A DNA stretch of 64,000 bases from Takakia lepidozioides. Its lineage: Eukaryota; Plantae; Bryophyta. This document shows, piece by piece, positions 50,351 through 61,924 of the stretch. The notes beneath the pieces are model-generated. The model searched no databases and was not told the DNA's origin. It saw only the letters and a program-made list of their open reading frames with translations. Location of the stretch: assembly GCA_030704615.1 (NCBI GenBank), contig CM060732.1, positions 64,604,001 to 64,668,000 on the forward strand, read 5' to 3'. Both the position numbers and the translations under genes were made by a program. How positions within the stretch are numbered: the stretch's first letter is position 1; each line of letters opens with the position of its first letter.

Positions 50351-52751
50351 CGCAGGAACCTCCACTGGGCAGGCAAGGTTCATGTGGTTTGTCTTGTCGG
50401 AGTTTATGGAGGTCTAGTAGAGGTCTAGTGGTCTACGGAGACTAGTCTAGTAGAGTTGCCTAGCCCCGAAGAAAAACCCGTTATCAAATATCGGAAATTC
50501 GGAAAAACAATCGCTAAAAACCATGATCCTAACCCGCCATAACCCTAATCCATAACCCTAATAATCTAGCAGCACCAGTAAACCAGGACTACAAACCACC
50601 CATACCAACCACCGTATAAACCACCAACAAACCACCAGCAGAGAAGCAGCAATGCATTGAAACACCTAAACAGCTTTAATCAATTCAAACTAATTGAAAC
50701 AGCTTTGGAACCACATGAATAGAAAAGAGATGCTCCGCATCAGACAAGACAGCACACTCACGAAACATGATATGCAAGAATCAAATGGTGCTCTATAACC
50801 TCTGGAACGAAAGCGAGTGAGGAAGAGAAGCAAAACAACAGCGACGTGGGCAATGCTGACCAACAAAAGCAACAGCAAAACAAAAAGAAAAGCAAATCAA
50901 CAAACAGAACAAAGAGACAATGAGAGAATGACAAGCGAGCAAGAGAGAATGACATCAAACCACATGCGTAAACGAGAACATTACCTGCTAGATGCGTGAG
51001 CCATTTTGGTGCCTCTGTTGCTGACCTGAAACGCCTAACCCTTAAGCTTCCACCGCTCCGCTCTGCTCTCCCTTACGCTCTGCTTTCTTCTCGTCTCCTG
51101 TCTGCACTTGAATCCGTTGTCTGCTTCCTTTCCTCCACTGCACTCTCACGCTGCACTGAACTGCACGCTCTCTTCTCTCAGCTCTCACGGCACCATGCAC
51201 ATCACAGTCTCTGCTCTTCACGCTCTCCGCTCTTCAAAACTCTCTCTTTTCTAGCGCTACTCGGTCTTACCACTTCCGCAGCGCTTCCGCGTACACAATG
51301 GAGTGGCGAAAGGGTGGGCTGAACGACCACACCCCTTATATGGTGTCGTCGCAAAGGATCTGAACCATCGTGTCCTTTCGAAATCGAACAGTCGCGTGTG
51401 TTCCATCCAACATCCATGCAAATATCATCCAATTCATCATTTCCATTCTATCCATCCATTTTACGAATAACTAGATGAAATGAAAAAACAGATGAATGAA
51501 CGAGAAAATATGACGTTAATGATCGCTTGCACATGATCATCAATTATAACCCCGTGGGATATTTCCCACACCCCCCACGTGACGATAAATGAAATGTACA
51601 AGTCAGATCCTCTTGCGGCATTTTGCCGCTGGGAATAATTGCTCCTGACCATGTCTACATTCAGCGGATTAAGGCTTGGAATATTTCCACTGTCACTCAT
51701 TTACGCCTGCCGCATTCTCGGCCGAGTGTCATAGCTGCACCTTGTCATCGGCGTCAGGCCATCATCCACTTGGACAACATTGAATGCGAAATACGTACTG
51801 CTTTATAAGCACGAGTGCGAGACCATTGAACCACCGTTATCGGCCGTTATCTTTCTGGCATCATAATTGTTACATATGGATCTACCAGTAAAGGACACTC
51901 TTTTCCGAAATCGGTCAAAGAGTGCACTCCTGCACCATCCAGAACCGTTCGATTGTGGCCATACCGGATATCAACGGCGTCGGAAATTGATCCGGGAGAC
52001 AATGTATCGCACTATCCCATTGGAGGAGTTCCAGCGGGCAACCTGGTTTCCACCTCTATATCCTCTGAGTGCAAACTGTTCAAACTTCTATCTCCATACC
52101 TCTCACTTGCAGATTGTGTTTCCCGCACCTCTCTGGTCATCTCCCACCTCGCTTCCCATACTGCACCTCTCCGAGCATCTAGTACCTCTGCGGCCATCGC
52201 AGGTGTAACTCTCTGAATTTCCATAATCTCTCTGTGTACTGCATTTTGACCCGTAGAAAATGTTAAGACATCTATGTGTTTTCTATACTCTATAGGAAAA
52301 TCTACTTATTTGTCATCTGCATGTTTAGAAATTACAGTCCAATTCTCTCCGATTTTTGTATTTCGTTATACCTGAAGTCGTGGACCTCCACTGGACAGTC
52401 GCGACAATGCTCACATCCATCCGTCATTACAATTATTCATCCACATAACCATGTTCATCCACTAATATTCATCTGTCCGACTTTTTCATCTGTATCTCAT
52501 CTAACTTCCACTGTACAGTGGAGGTTATATAATTAGACACAATCTTCAAATGACATGTTCCAGACCAAACAACAATTCCATTTCTATTCTACTTCTCTGA
52601 AACGTTCATACGCGAGTGTATTTCCTTTTATTGAATTGATTCATCTCTAAATAGAGTCTTCACTCATACTGCTTATTACTGTCAGTAAGGTCGTCACGGA
52701 GGGGTTTCCAGTTTCTTGAACCTCGCGTGTGCAGTGGAGGTTCCGGTGATC

Positions 52752-55700
52752 ATGATTTTAGAGATGGGTCAAAGAGTGTTTCTTACTCTTCCCGGGTCCT
52801 CATCTCCAGTAGCCACTGGGGACTGCCTTAATGTCTCCGGGGTTGGGACCTGTCATGGACAACAATTATCTTCCTCAACCATTTCAGTAGTTCTCATCTC
52901 CTGTGATGAAGCACACTCATTATGGCCTCTTCCTTATGGACATATGGATGCTGACACCTTGAAGGAGGCTATTGGGACCCCGGTGATGTGGAATGTTGGC
53001 GAAGTTCTTGCGGAGAATAACGAGTATCAAGGAGGACCTGACATGAATCCTGATTTTATGCCGGAGACAAGAGATACTGCCGAGAATTCTGACGACGATG
53101 AGGATGAATCAAACCACAGACCATCGAAGAGTTCCGGGAATCCGAGCGGAGGACTCGGAAGAATCAACTGGAGAAACTTGCAGTGCGTACTGTTGGGTGA
53201 TGATGGGGGTGCACTATTCGAGGGGAGGATTCAAGCCTGTATTCCAGACGAGGTGATCCTCAATGACAAACTGGGAGAGGACGATGTTGGAGTTATTGTC
53301 ACCAGAATACTTTCTGGAGGTTCTGGATCTTTGATGTCTCTTGTAAAATGGCCTTTAACAAAAACACGACTTTTGGAATGTGGGAGACTACTCTCAAATG
53401 ATCTGGAGAATTTTATTAGATCCTCTGACAGTATCTTGAACAAAGATCACGAGGCAGGTGTGAAGAAAGGGGCGTATCGGCATTTTACGAAAAAGAAGAG
53501 GGATCGAAATTTGGAACACTCCAAAAAAAGAATGAAGAATCTTACTCTGGAGGAAGTCCGGTCCGTGAGCAACAAACCTTGCTGTAGACTTCACTGCTGT
53601 CAATATTTCGATTGGCGAAAAACCTTGGCTATCCGTACTTCTTTTTGGGGATCCACTTTCGATGAGATGAGAGAACACGGACTGAATGTTTCGAAACGAC
53701 TTCACATGGTGGAAGGGACCTCTCGCAGGGCATATGTTACGATTGAGGGTGTGGATGTATGTGAGATTGCTTGGTGGACAATTCATGGAATTGGCAGGTC
53801 CACATACATGGAGTACAAAAAGTTGAGTAAACAGGGTTGGTTGTCAAATCTCCATGGGAACCGTGGAGTGAAGAGGCCACGCCCAAGGACGCTTCAGGCA
53901 GAGGGTAACATTATGTCCATTGTCAACGGAAATACTGACCTCATGCCCCATAAGACAAGATGCATTGGGAGGGAAGGAGGGATACTTTGAGAGTCTTACC
54001 ACCTGAAATGAACTGGAAGCGAATACGAGACGAGTCCAACGAGGTATGAAATCTCCATTCTTCAATTTCTTTCCTGGAATATTTTTCTGATTCAATGTGG
54101 ATGATCCTCCCTTCGATTTTGTCTCTTTTGACTGTGGTTCTAGCTTCATGAACCTCCACTGTCCAGTGGACGTTCCTTTCCTGACCCTGCCTTATTGTAA
54201 CAGACCAACAGACTTTTCGGGTTGGAAGGAGTCTCGCAGTCGGCTGTTAGCCGCATCCGGAGTCGGATTTTTCCTAACGTGGAGGTTTGTAAAACTGGGA
54301 GTATATTTGCGAAGTGCACGGAGTGTGAGATGTTCAAGGACCTGATCAGAAAGTCTGTCAAGAGAAGTGCGGAACAGGTGACACACAAACGAGTGCTTGA
54401 TAAACATTTGAGGCACCAAGAGTCGTGCAGAAGACTGTACCATAGCTGGAGGAATGAGTCTATTATGATTCCGGAGGAGTTTCTCTGTATTATTCACAAC
54501 AAAATGGATCATAGGAAAATAGCTGTTCCAAGGCTACAAACTCCAAATAAGATGATTTCTGGATTGGGTCAGCTTCCAGTTTCACTAACGGGAATGGTCA
54601 CGCACAGACACGGTGATGGAGCTTACGGTCAGTATTCTCTTGAGTTCTGGAAGAGAAATTCAAACTTTACAATTGATTCTTTAGCACGTTGCCTGTGCCA
54701 GCTGGAGAAGCCAACCTATCGCGAGTCCAGGAGCATTTTCGATTACCGACTTCAAAACGAGTTCTTCGAATCACTTTTAAGAGGCAAATCGAGATGTTTG
54801 GATGCTCTTAAACCCTGCAGACCGGAAGACAAAAGTGGTGCTCGTCCACTTCCGAGAAGACTGTACTTGCAAATGGACAACTCTGCAAAGGACAATAAGA
54901 ACAGATGGATGCTTGCTTTTCTATCCCTCCTGACCGCCAAAGATGTTTTTGAAGAAATCCAGCTAGGGTTCATAATGGTCGGACACACCCATGAGGACAT
55001 CGACGGGTTCTTTAGCTACCTTTCGAAGAAGCTGAAGGAACGAAGCACCTACATTCTTTCGGATTTGATGAGGTCTTTTATGACCTCGCAAGATCTGCAG
55101 TTCATTCCACAGATTATTCAGGAGGTTCCCGACTTCAAGAATTTTGTCAAGGGCTGTATTCTGGATGGAAAAGAGGCGTTGGTCGGGATTTTGGAGATGC
55201 ACGTCTTCCATTTTTTTAAGGATGCGGAGGGCTGGTCCGTCATGAAGTACAAGAAGTCCGCTACTGATTCAGATTGGCTTCCAACAAACAATAGCGTGAA
55301 GATGTGGAAGTCCAATCCTGACGGGACTCCGAAGCTCCCTGAAGGAGTCCCAGATGTCGTTCCAAGGAGACCTATCTGGGGAGTCAGGGACGACTCCTCC
55401 GAAAAATAGTCATTCATTAAGAATGGAATAAAAAAATACAGGGATTTCTGGACGAAATGAATGATGCTTGACGATCATTACAGAGGTCGAATGGAACAAT
55501 ACGACCAGTACTGGGGAAACATTCTCGCCGAGCTGGATAAGCCAATTCCAGAAGCTCCCGACCGTATTCAGCTTCTTGAGGGATTCTGGCCGAAAACAAA
55601 TTGGTCCAAGAATCATCATAGAGATGGAATCCATCCACATATATTGCCAGATGTGGAAGAAGAGGATGAAATCCTAGAACCTTACTGTGGCCCGAGGTGT

Positions 55701-56169
55701 GAGCGACCAAGAATATCCCTGAATCCGTTCAAGGATATTGAGAAAGGGTTTTTTGTGCTCGTTCGCCCTTATGACCCAAGTACGTGCCCGGTCTGGATGG
55801 GGGTGGCAATATCTGACGTGATCCGCGAAAGGGAGGATCCTAATTTTTAAGAAGGTGAAGGTGGAGTGGTGGAGACCGAGAAAATGTGGTAACCCAACAG
55901 ACTTGGAAAGGTACAGGGACTGTTGGTCAAAACTTTGGGAGTATAACTCGTCAGATCCTTCTCAATAGATCCACGTGAACAATGTTGTGTGGACAATGTC
56001 TCCACGAAAAAATACGACAAGGAATAGCACTAAGAGAATTACTTTCGCCGAAGCAATGAAGGCGCGCGCTAATTTGGAGGAGGCTAATCATCAGTCAGAA
56101 AACGAGTCGTGCAATCGAGTTCCAGACCAAGGACATATTGTTGAGGTCAACTCCAGTATTTCGATTTAA
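52752..56169 (+). pseudogene. DDE transposase of the DNxxxxNKN/GHTHEDID type (Sola-like/DUF7869-like); exons 52752-54043 and 54204-56169
   Basis: IIHNKMD, LYLQMDNSAKDNKN, FIMVGHTHEDIDGFFS, CCRLHCC and CTEC. The N-terminus has two repeats resembling the En/Spm TnpA-associated beta domain (VATG...CHG..L...LPY...TLKEAIG..V.W). Frameshifts at ~53980 and ~55850; stops at 55409 and later. Confidence 0.85.
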
Positions 56170-56869
56170 GAAATAAATTTTTCTTCTCTATATGGTCCTT
56201 CTTGTTTGCGTTTGGGGATCCTTTTTGTTATCTTCTTATGTCGCACTGAACCTCGAATGTCCAGTGGACGTTCTCGTCCTTTGTTTCTGATTTGCTGGAT
56301 GCTGGCCTGCTGTACGTCTTGGTCAACAAATATGACCCTGTGGGGGAGTTTCGCCTACATAACATATAGATCACAAGAACAAAATGGGCGGGCACAACCA
56401 CTGGAGTCTTCAAATTCGGTCAAAGAGGTTTTTAACAACGGAAGAAAATAGCCCATTTCCAGTCATTCTCTGAAACATTGGACTTGCTTTTCGCATAACC
56501 AATTCTCCCACTGAAGTCTCCCACTAGGAGGAGCCTTACTCAATCGTTGTTGACATACAGTTTTTCAATTTGCCAGTCCTCAAGTTTTTTCTATGAGGTT
56601 TTCCTCCATTTTCCCTCTAAGCTCTACGACTTTTCTGCACCAAATTTTCATTTCATTTCATTTTCATACTTCTCATCTTTAGCCCTGGTTTAAGATGGAA
56701 TTTTACATGTCCTTTTCCGTTGTTCAAATTTCAAGCAATTTTTATTTCTCATAGTTTTTATTTGGTGGTCTGACTTTTTATCCTCTCTCATGTTTTCTTC
56801 AGATCCATTTTCTCCTATGAGATCCAGGCGCTTCCCAAAAGTCGTTATATAACGCCATTTTCTTTCCAA

Positions 56870-58500
56870 ATCTATTCATACCATAACCATAGCCATAACC
56901 ATAACCATTATGGTTATTGAAATGTCTTCTCCCTTCACATTTGCGCTAGTTTTTTTTCTTTGTTTGGGATTGACATGCATTTAGGCATGTTAAAGTTTGC
57001 TTTCTATGTTACATCTTAATATTAGGTCCAGGTTCCAACGACGAGTCTTTCATTTAAATACTTGTCCATAATATTAGGTTCTTCATTTTTTTTTTGCTTA
57101 CTAGTACCCTACTAACAACACTAAGTTCTAGTGAAGTCTAGAGTTTTCCATAAGACTTATTGTTTGTCTATTTTGTAACTTAAACAAAAACCCTAAACCC
57201 TTACCCTAAACATTTACCCTTAACCCAATACCCCATAACCCTTTCCCTTCCATTTGCAAATGGGAATCAACTATCCATACCATAATTATAACCATTTTGG
57301 TTATCCAAATCTCTTCAATGTAACCAAATTTTCATTTTGTACCATACTAACACACACTAAGTTGTAGCGAGTGCGAGTCTTCCGGCATGTATGCTCACCA
57401 TTTCCGCCTTCAACCCAAGCCCTAAACCCTCGTCGAAAACCCTAAAGAAAACCCTACGCCATTGTTACATGTAAACCCTTACCCTTCCCCTGCAACTGGG
57501 AATGAAGTATCCATACCATAACCATAACTATTTATGGTTATTCAAATCTCTTCACCCTTCACATTGCGCAAGGTTTTGCCTTTGGTTTGGATTGACATGC
57601 ACTTACCTTTTTTATCGAACTTTGCTTTCTATGTATCTTAATACCAGGTTCCAAGGACGAGTCTTTCATTTAAATACTTGTCCGATGCAATGCCTACACT
57701 TCCATAATATTAGGTTCTTCATTTTTTATTTTGCTTAGTACTACCTTACTAACAACACTAAGTTGTAGTGAGTGCGAGTCTTCCAACATGTATGCTCACC
57801 ATTTCTGCCTTCAACCCAAACCCTAAACCCTCGTTGGGAACCCTAAACAAAACCCTACGCCATTGTTACGTCTAAACCTTTACCCTTCCCTTGCAAATGG
57901 GAATGAAGTATCCATACCATAACCATATGTATCTTAATACCAAGTTCCAAGGACGAATCCTCAATCTAAATACTTCTCCGGCCCAATGACTCTTCCATAA
58001 TATTTGTTTCTCCATTTTATTTATTTATTTTTATCCTTCTAACACACACCAAGTTCTAGCGCGACTGTGAGTCTTCCATATTTGTTTGTCCAATAGTGTT
58101 CTTAAACCTGGCAAACTGAAAACCCTACCTTTACCATTACCCCTAAACCATTAATCTTACCATAAACCAATAATTTTAGTGTACTACCCTAGTTACACTC
58201 CAAACCTTATTGTACTACCATGTTACATCTTCTCAATGTTTCATGCTCTTTTAATATTTTCTTTTGTTGGATAAGGTATGATAGAATGATTACAGGGATA
58301 TCAAATTCCTCAACCATGTCTTAATTCTACCGAGTGTGAGTCCATCATATTTGTTTGTTTTTTTGTACCCTAAATCCAAACCCTAAACCCTTACCCTTAC
58401 TGTAAACCCAAACCTTATTACACTTCTCTCTAGTTACACCCCAAACCTTATTGTACTACCCTAGTACCTCTTCCGAATGTCTCATGCTATTCTAATATTT
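56870..58500 (+). repeat. Diverged tandem ~300-400 bp repeats containing CCCTAAA/CCCTTA telomere-like and ACCATA motifs
   Basis: Recurrent ACACTAAGTT(G/C)TAG..AG, AACCCTAAACCCT, TGGGAATGAAGTATCCATACCATAACC and GTCTTTCATTTAAATACTTGTCC. Confidence 0.85.
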
Positions 58501-58942
58501 TACTGCCCTTGTCACATCAAAAACATGATTCATTCCAATGGCGTGGTATGTGACCATTGTGCTTCATATGAATATTCAATCAATAAAATTACTAGCAAGT
58601 TGTATCGAGTATGGTAGAGTACAAGTTTGGCCCATGTTCGATGCGACCCATTTGTTTATCATGATGACCTACAATGGAATATTACTTTATTCGACTTCCA
58701 AGTGGACGTTCAATGAATTGTTCAATACTACTACTTCACATTGAGCACTTCAATGTCAAATGGACCTCTTCTATGACACATTTTGAAAAGAAGTATAATT
58801 TCACCTGAAACTTCACAAAGTTCAATCACACATTACACCATGATATTATTAATATTTCAATTAAATTTAATACAAATATATATTAAATTTAGTCCGGATT
58901 TAAGCCAAAAGTCCAGAATTAATTAAAATAGGGTTTTCCTTA

Positions 58943-59640
58943 TCAATATCTGAATCGAGATGTTTGTTTTGTTTTGTTTGTTTGTTTTGTAGAGTTGAGA
59001 TGTCCCAAACTGCGGGGCCCCACCCTGAGTGCTTGGTACCGTTGGAAAGCCCTCGATGAGGAGGGGTGCACCAGCTTGATCTCATGATTTTTGGACCAGC
59101 GGTGTGGGACATGTTGAATTTCAAGTAGTTTGGGTCTCTGGAAATTCACAAAAAAATAGCAAAGTGGGCTCTCAAGGAAAAGGTCTCTGGTTCAAATCAG
59201 GTCGTTGGTTCTGTTAAAAATGATTGGACTTAGATGACTTAGATGACATTGGACACTTGGGCCAACGGCACAAGCTACCCTAGTCAATATGTGAATCGAG
59301 ACGTTTGTTTTGTTTTGTTTTGTCCCAAATTGCGGTGGCCCACCCTGAGTGCTTAGCACCATTGGAAAGTGCTCGATGAGGAGGGATGCACCGACTTGGT
59401 CTCATGATTTTTGGACCAGCGGTGTGGGAGATGTTGAAGTTCAAGTAGTTTTGGTCTCTGGAAATTCACAAAAAATAGCAAAGTGGGCTTTTTTGGGACA
59501 ATGATCGGAGCCTCGATATGAGAGATATCAAGGAAAAGGTCTTCAGTTCAAATCAGGTAGTAGGTTCTGTTAAAAATGATTAAACTTAGATGACTTAGAT
59601 GACATTGGAGACTTGGGCCAACGACACACGCTACCCCTAG
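58943..59640 (+). mobile_element. Head-to-tail dimer of a non-autonomous Helitron (58943-59283, 59284-59640)
   Basis: Structure A|TC...CTAG|TC...CTAG|T. The two ~340-357 bp units are highly similar and have GC-rich subterminal sequence before CTAG. Confidence 0.85.
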
Positions 59641-59989
59641 TTATCTAATTTAGAATATAAAAAATGGGAATTCATACTCTATTCTACAATCAGCACTAAG
59701 ATAAATAAACAAAAAAAATCATCGGGTCAATCGGAAATCATGGAGTCATTGTAGACTCTCGTGCTTCATGTATAATGCAATGAACCATCAAATAAAACTA
59801 AACTAAAACTTCACATTTGAAATCGGTAAAGATATAGATGTTAAATATTTGAAATGTTGAAATTGTCGGGCGAGACAATTCAAGGTCTTTTTGAATATCA
59901 AATGAGATCCCATAAGATATTATGCAATCACCACCAAGACCAACATTCATAAATCATGTGAGGATTGTACTAGGGGAAATCTCCCGTGC

Positions 59990-61720
59990 ACCTCTCTACT
60001 TAATCACACTTACTTTGATCACTCGCAACATAGAGATTTGCTTCCGCCTTCTCTGCTTCCGCCTTTCTAATACATTTACAACTCGACTTAGAGGTGTTCT
60101 TGCTAGGACGTTGTCCACATAACTCTCTTCGTATGTATCTAGGTTGACAGATCAGATTCGTTGAACTCCCAAGCTTTGTCCCAAGAATTTCTATACTTCT
60201 CTACGTCCTCCATTACACCACCTTTGATAGGTCTCCACCACTTCACAAGGACGTGTCAATACCTCGCGAGTCGCATCTGAGCGGTCATGAACAACCTCTG
60301 AAATTGCCACACCTTTCCAAACTGGATATGTCTCTGTGTCTGCTGGTCGAACAAGTATGAAATTTCCAAATTCAGTATTTTTGAATGGGTTCATTGGCTT
60401 TTTAGGCTTTTGATTCTTGGTCCACAATATGGATCCTAATCCCATCTCTATCATGATTATCTTTCCAACAAGTCCAAGACCAAAACCCTTCCTCAACCTT
60501 GTCATTTGGATCTAGCAATTGTTTGTTGACAAGTTCCAGTAAAACGTCATTCTAATATTTATCATTATTCTTCATGGTGTTTCCATACTTTTTATCTAGA
60601 TCCATCCCACATCTCCAGAATTTGCGGTACTACTTAGAAATACCATTCACCACATGGACCTTTTTCCTCCTTGACATCCGGATTGTTCATGTCTCCCCAA
60701 ATAGGTTGCAGCGGAATAGGTTTCGGCTCTCCTTGGGGTAATAAGGGAGACCTTTTGTCCTCACTAACATTCCACATTTGAGCAATACCCTGCTTCGGAA
60801 GCCAGTTGACAACATTGGTTGTGAGTTCTTATACTGTATTACAGGCCAACCCTCACAATAAACATATAGCCTAAAGATGTGCATCTCAATCATCTTGATT
60901 AACCTGTAATTTCTATCAATAATATATCCATCCACAATTTTTTTTGAAGTCTGGGACCTTGATCAACTGAGAATAAATGAGAGCTATTGAGACTCCATAT
61001 TAAAGAAGTGCATGAGACCCGCAAAAATACATGTATTCATCACTTTCAACTTTCTGGAGAAACAACTAATTAAAGTATGCATCAATGTCCTCGTGGGTGT
61101 GACGAACCATAAAAAAAAACCAAGCTAGATCTCTTCAGAAATACCTCTCGTCGTCAAAAGTGACCAAAAACTATCATCCAACGATTTTTATTGTTTTTTA
61201 CACACCTGTCCATTTGCAGATAATATAGTCAACGAGATAATGGCTTGGGTTCAAGTTGCCCACCACAATCCAAAGGCTCCAGTGCTCTTTTACACGGAGA
61301 CTTTCGCCTCATTATAGTTTCAATTAAGAATGAGTTCTGCATTATAGAATTGAAAATCTCTCTTGACTCCTGACATGTGGGCTTCTCAAGTTGCCAAAGA
61401 CAACAAGCCAAGGAGCCGATCGTAAAATTTAGATCATTTGGCCAGAATTCGTTCGAGAATTGAACGTAGACACCATCCCCATGTCCATGGGTCACCATAC
61501 CTTTGCTAGACAAATTGAGCACTAGAAAGTGGAATGTATACATGTATGTGTGTACCAAAGGCAGCTTAGGAAGAATGTCCATATTGCATGGCAAGTGTAG
61601 AAGCGAGATCTCTTGCAGGTATTATCTATTGTGAAGAAGTTTGTTAGCGCGGATGTTTTCATTATACCCATACACTTGTTGGTCTGGACAGAGATATTCT
61701 TATAAGATGTTTGTATAAAG
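59990..61720 (-). pseudogene. Second, more decayed GHTHEDID-type transposase
   Basis: GMVTHGHGDGVYVQFSNEFWPNDLNFTIGSLACCLWQLEKP, MVRHTHEDIDA and FILVRPADTETYPVWKGVAISEV are colinear with 54590-55830. Confidence 0.85.
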
Positions 61721-61924
61721 AAAACTTCTACTGTCTCTTACCCCTTTGATAAAAGATAAGATAAAGATAAAGTTTCCCTAACGTCCAGTGAATTTACAGA
61801 GCCTACTGCTCAACACACAGGCCATCGAGGGCCCAATGGACGGTTTGAAGGCACATACTGAAGGATTGAACCCAAGATCACCTAGGTTATGTATAGGCAA
61901 AGCACAAACACCCAACCACTGGGC

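Larger units (their letters stand above)
40300..58931. mobile_element. Large multi-gene DNA element (or two adjacent related elements meeting at ~42180) marked by dispersed 24-bp palindromes
   Basis: Transposase and divergently oriented cargo genes; the palindrome was seen only in this interval; a shared 26-bp end-like sequence lies at 42155-42180 and 58906-58931. Confidence 0.6.

Noticed and set aside
57190-58410. True telomere or chromosome fusion site
   Set aside because: Only 1-2 consecutive CCCTAAA units embedded in longer repeats; no pure array.
41968-58710. Dispersed palindromes as a CRISPR array or rho-independent terminators
   Set aside because: Spacing is irregular at 0.1-2.5 kb, there are no spacers, cas genes or U-tracts, and the context is eukaryotic and intron-containing.
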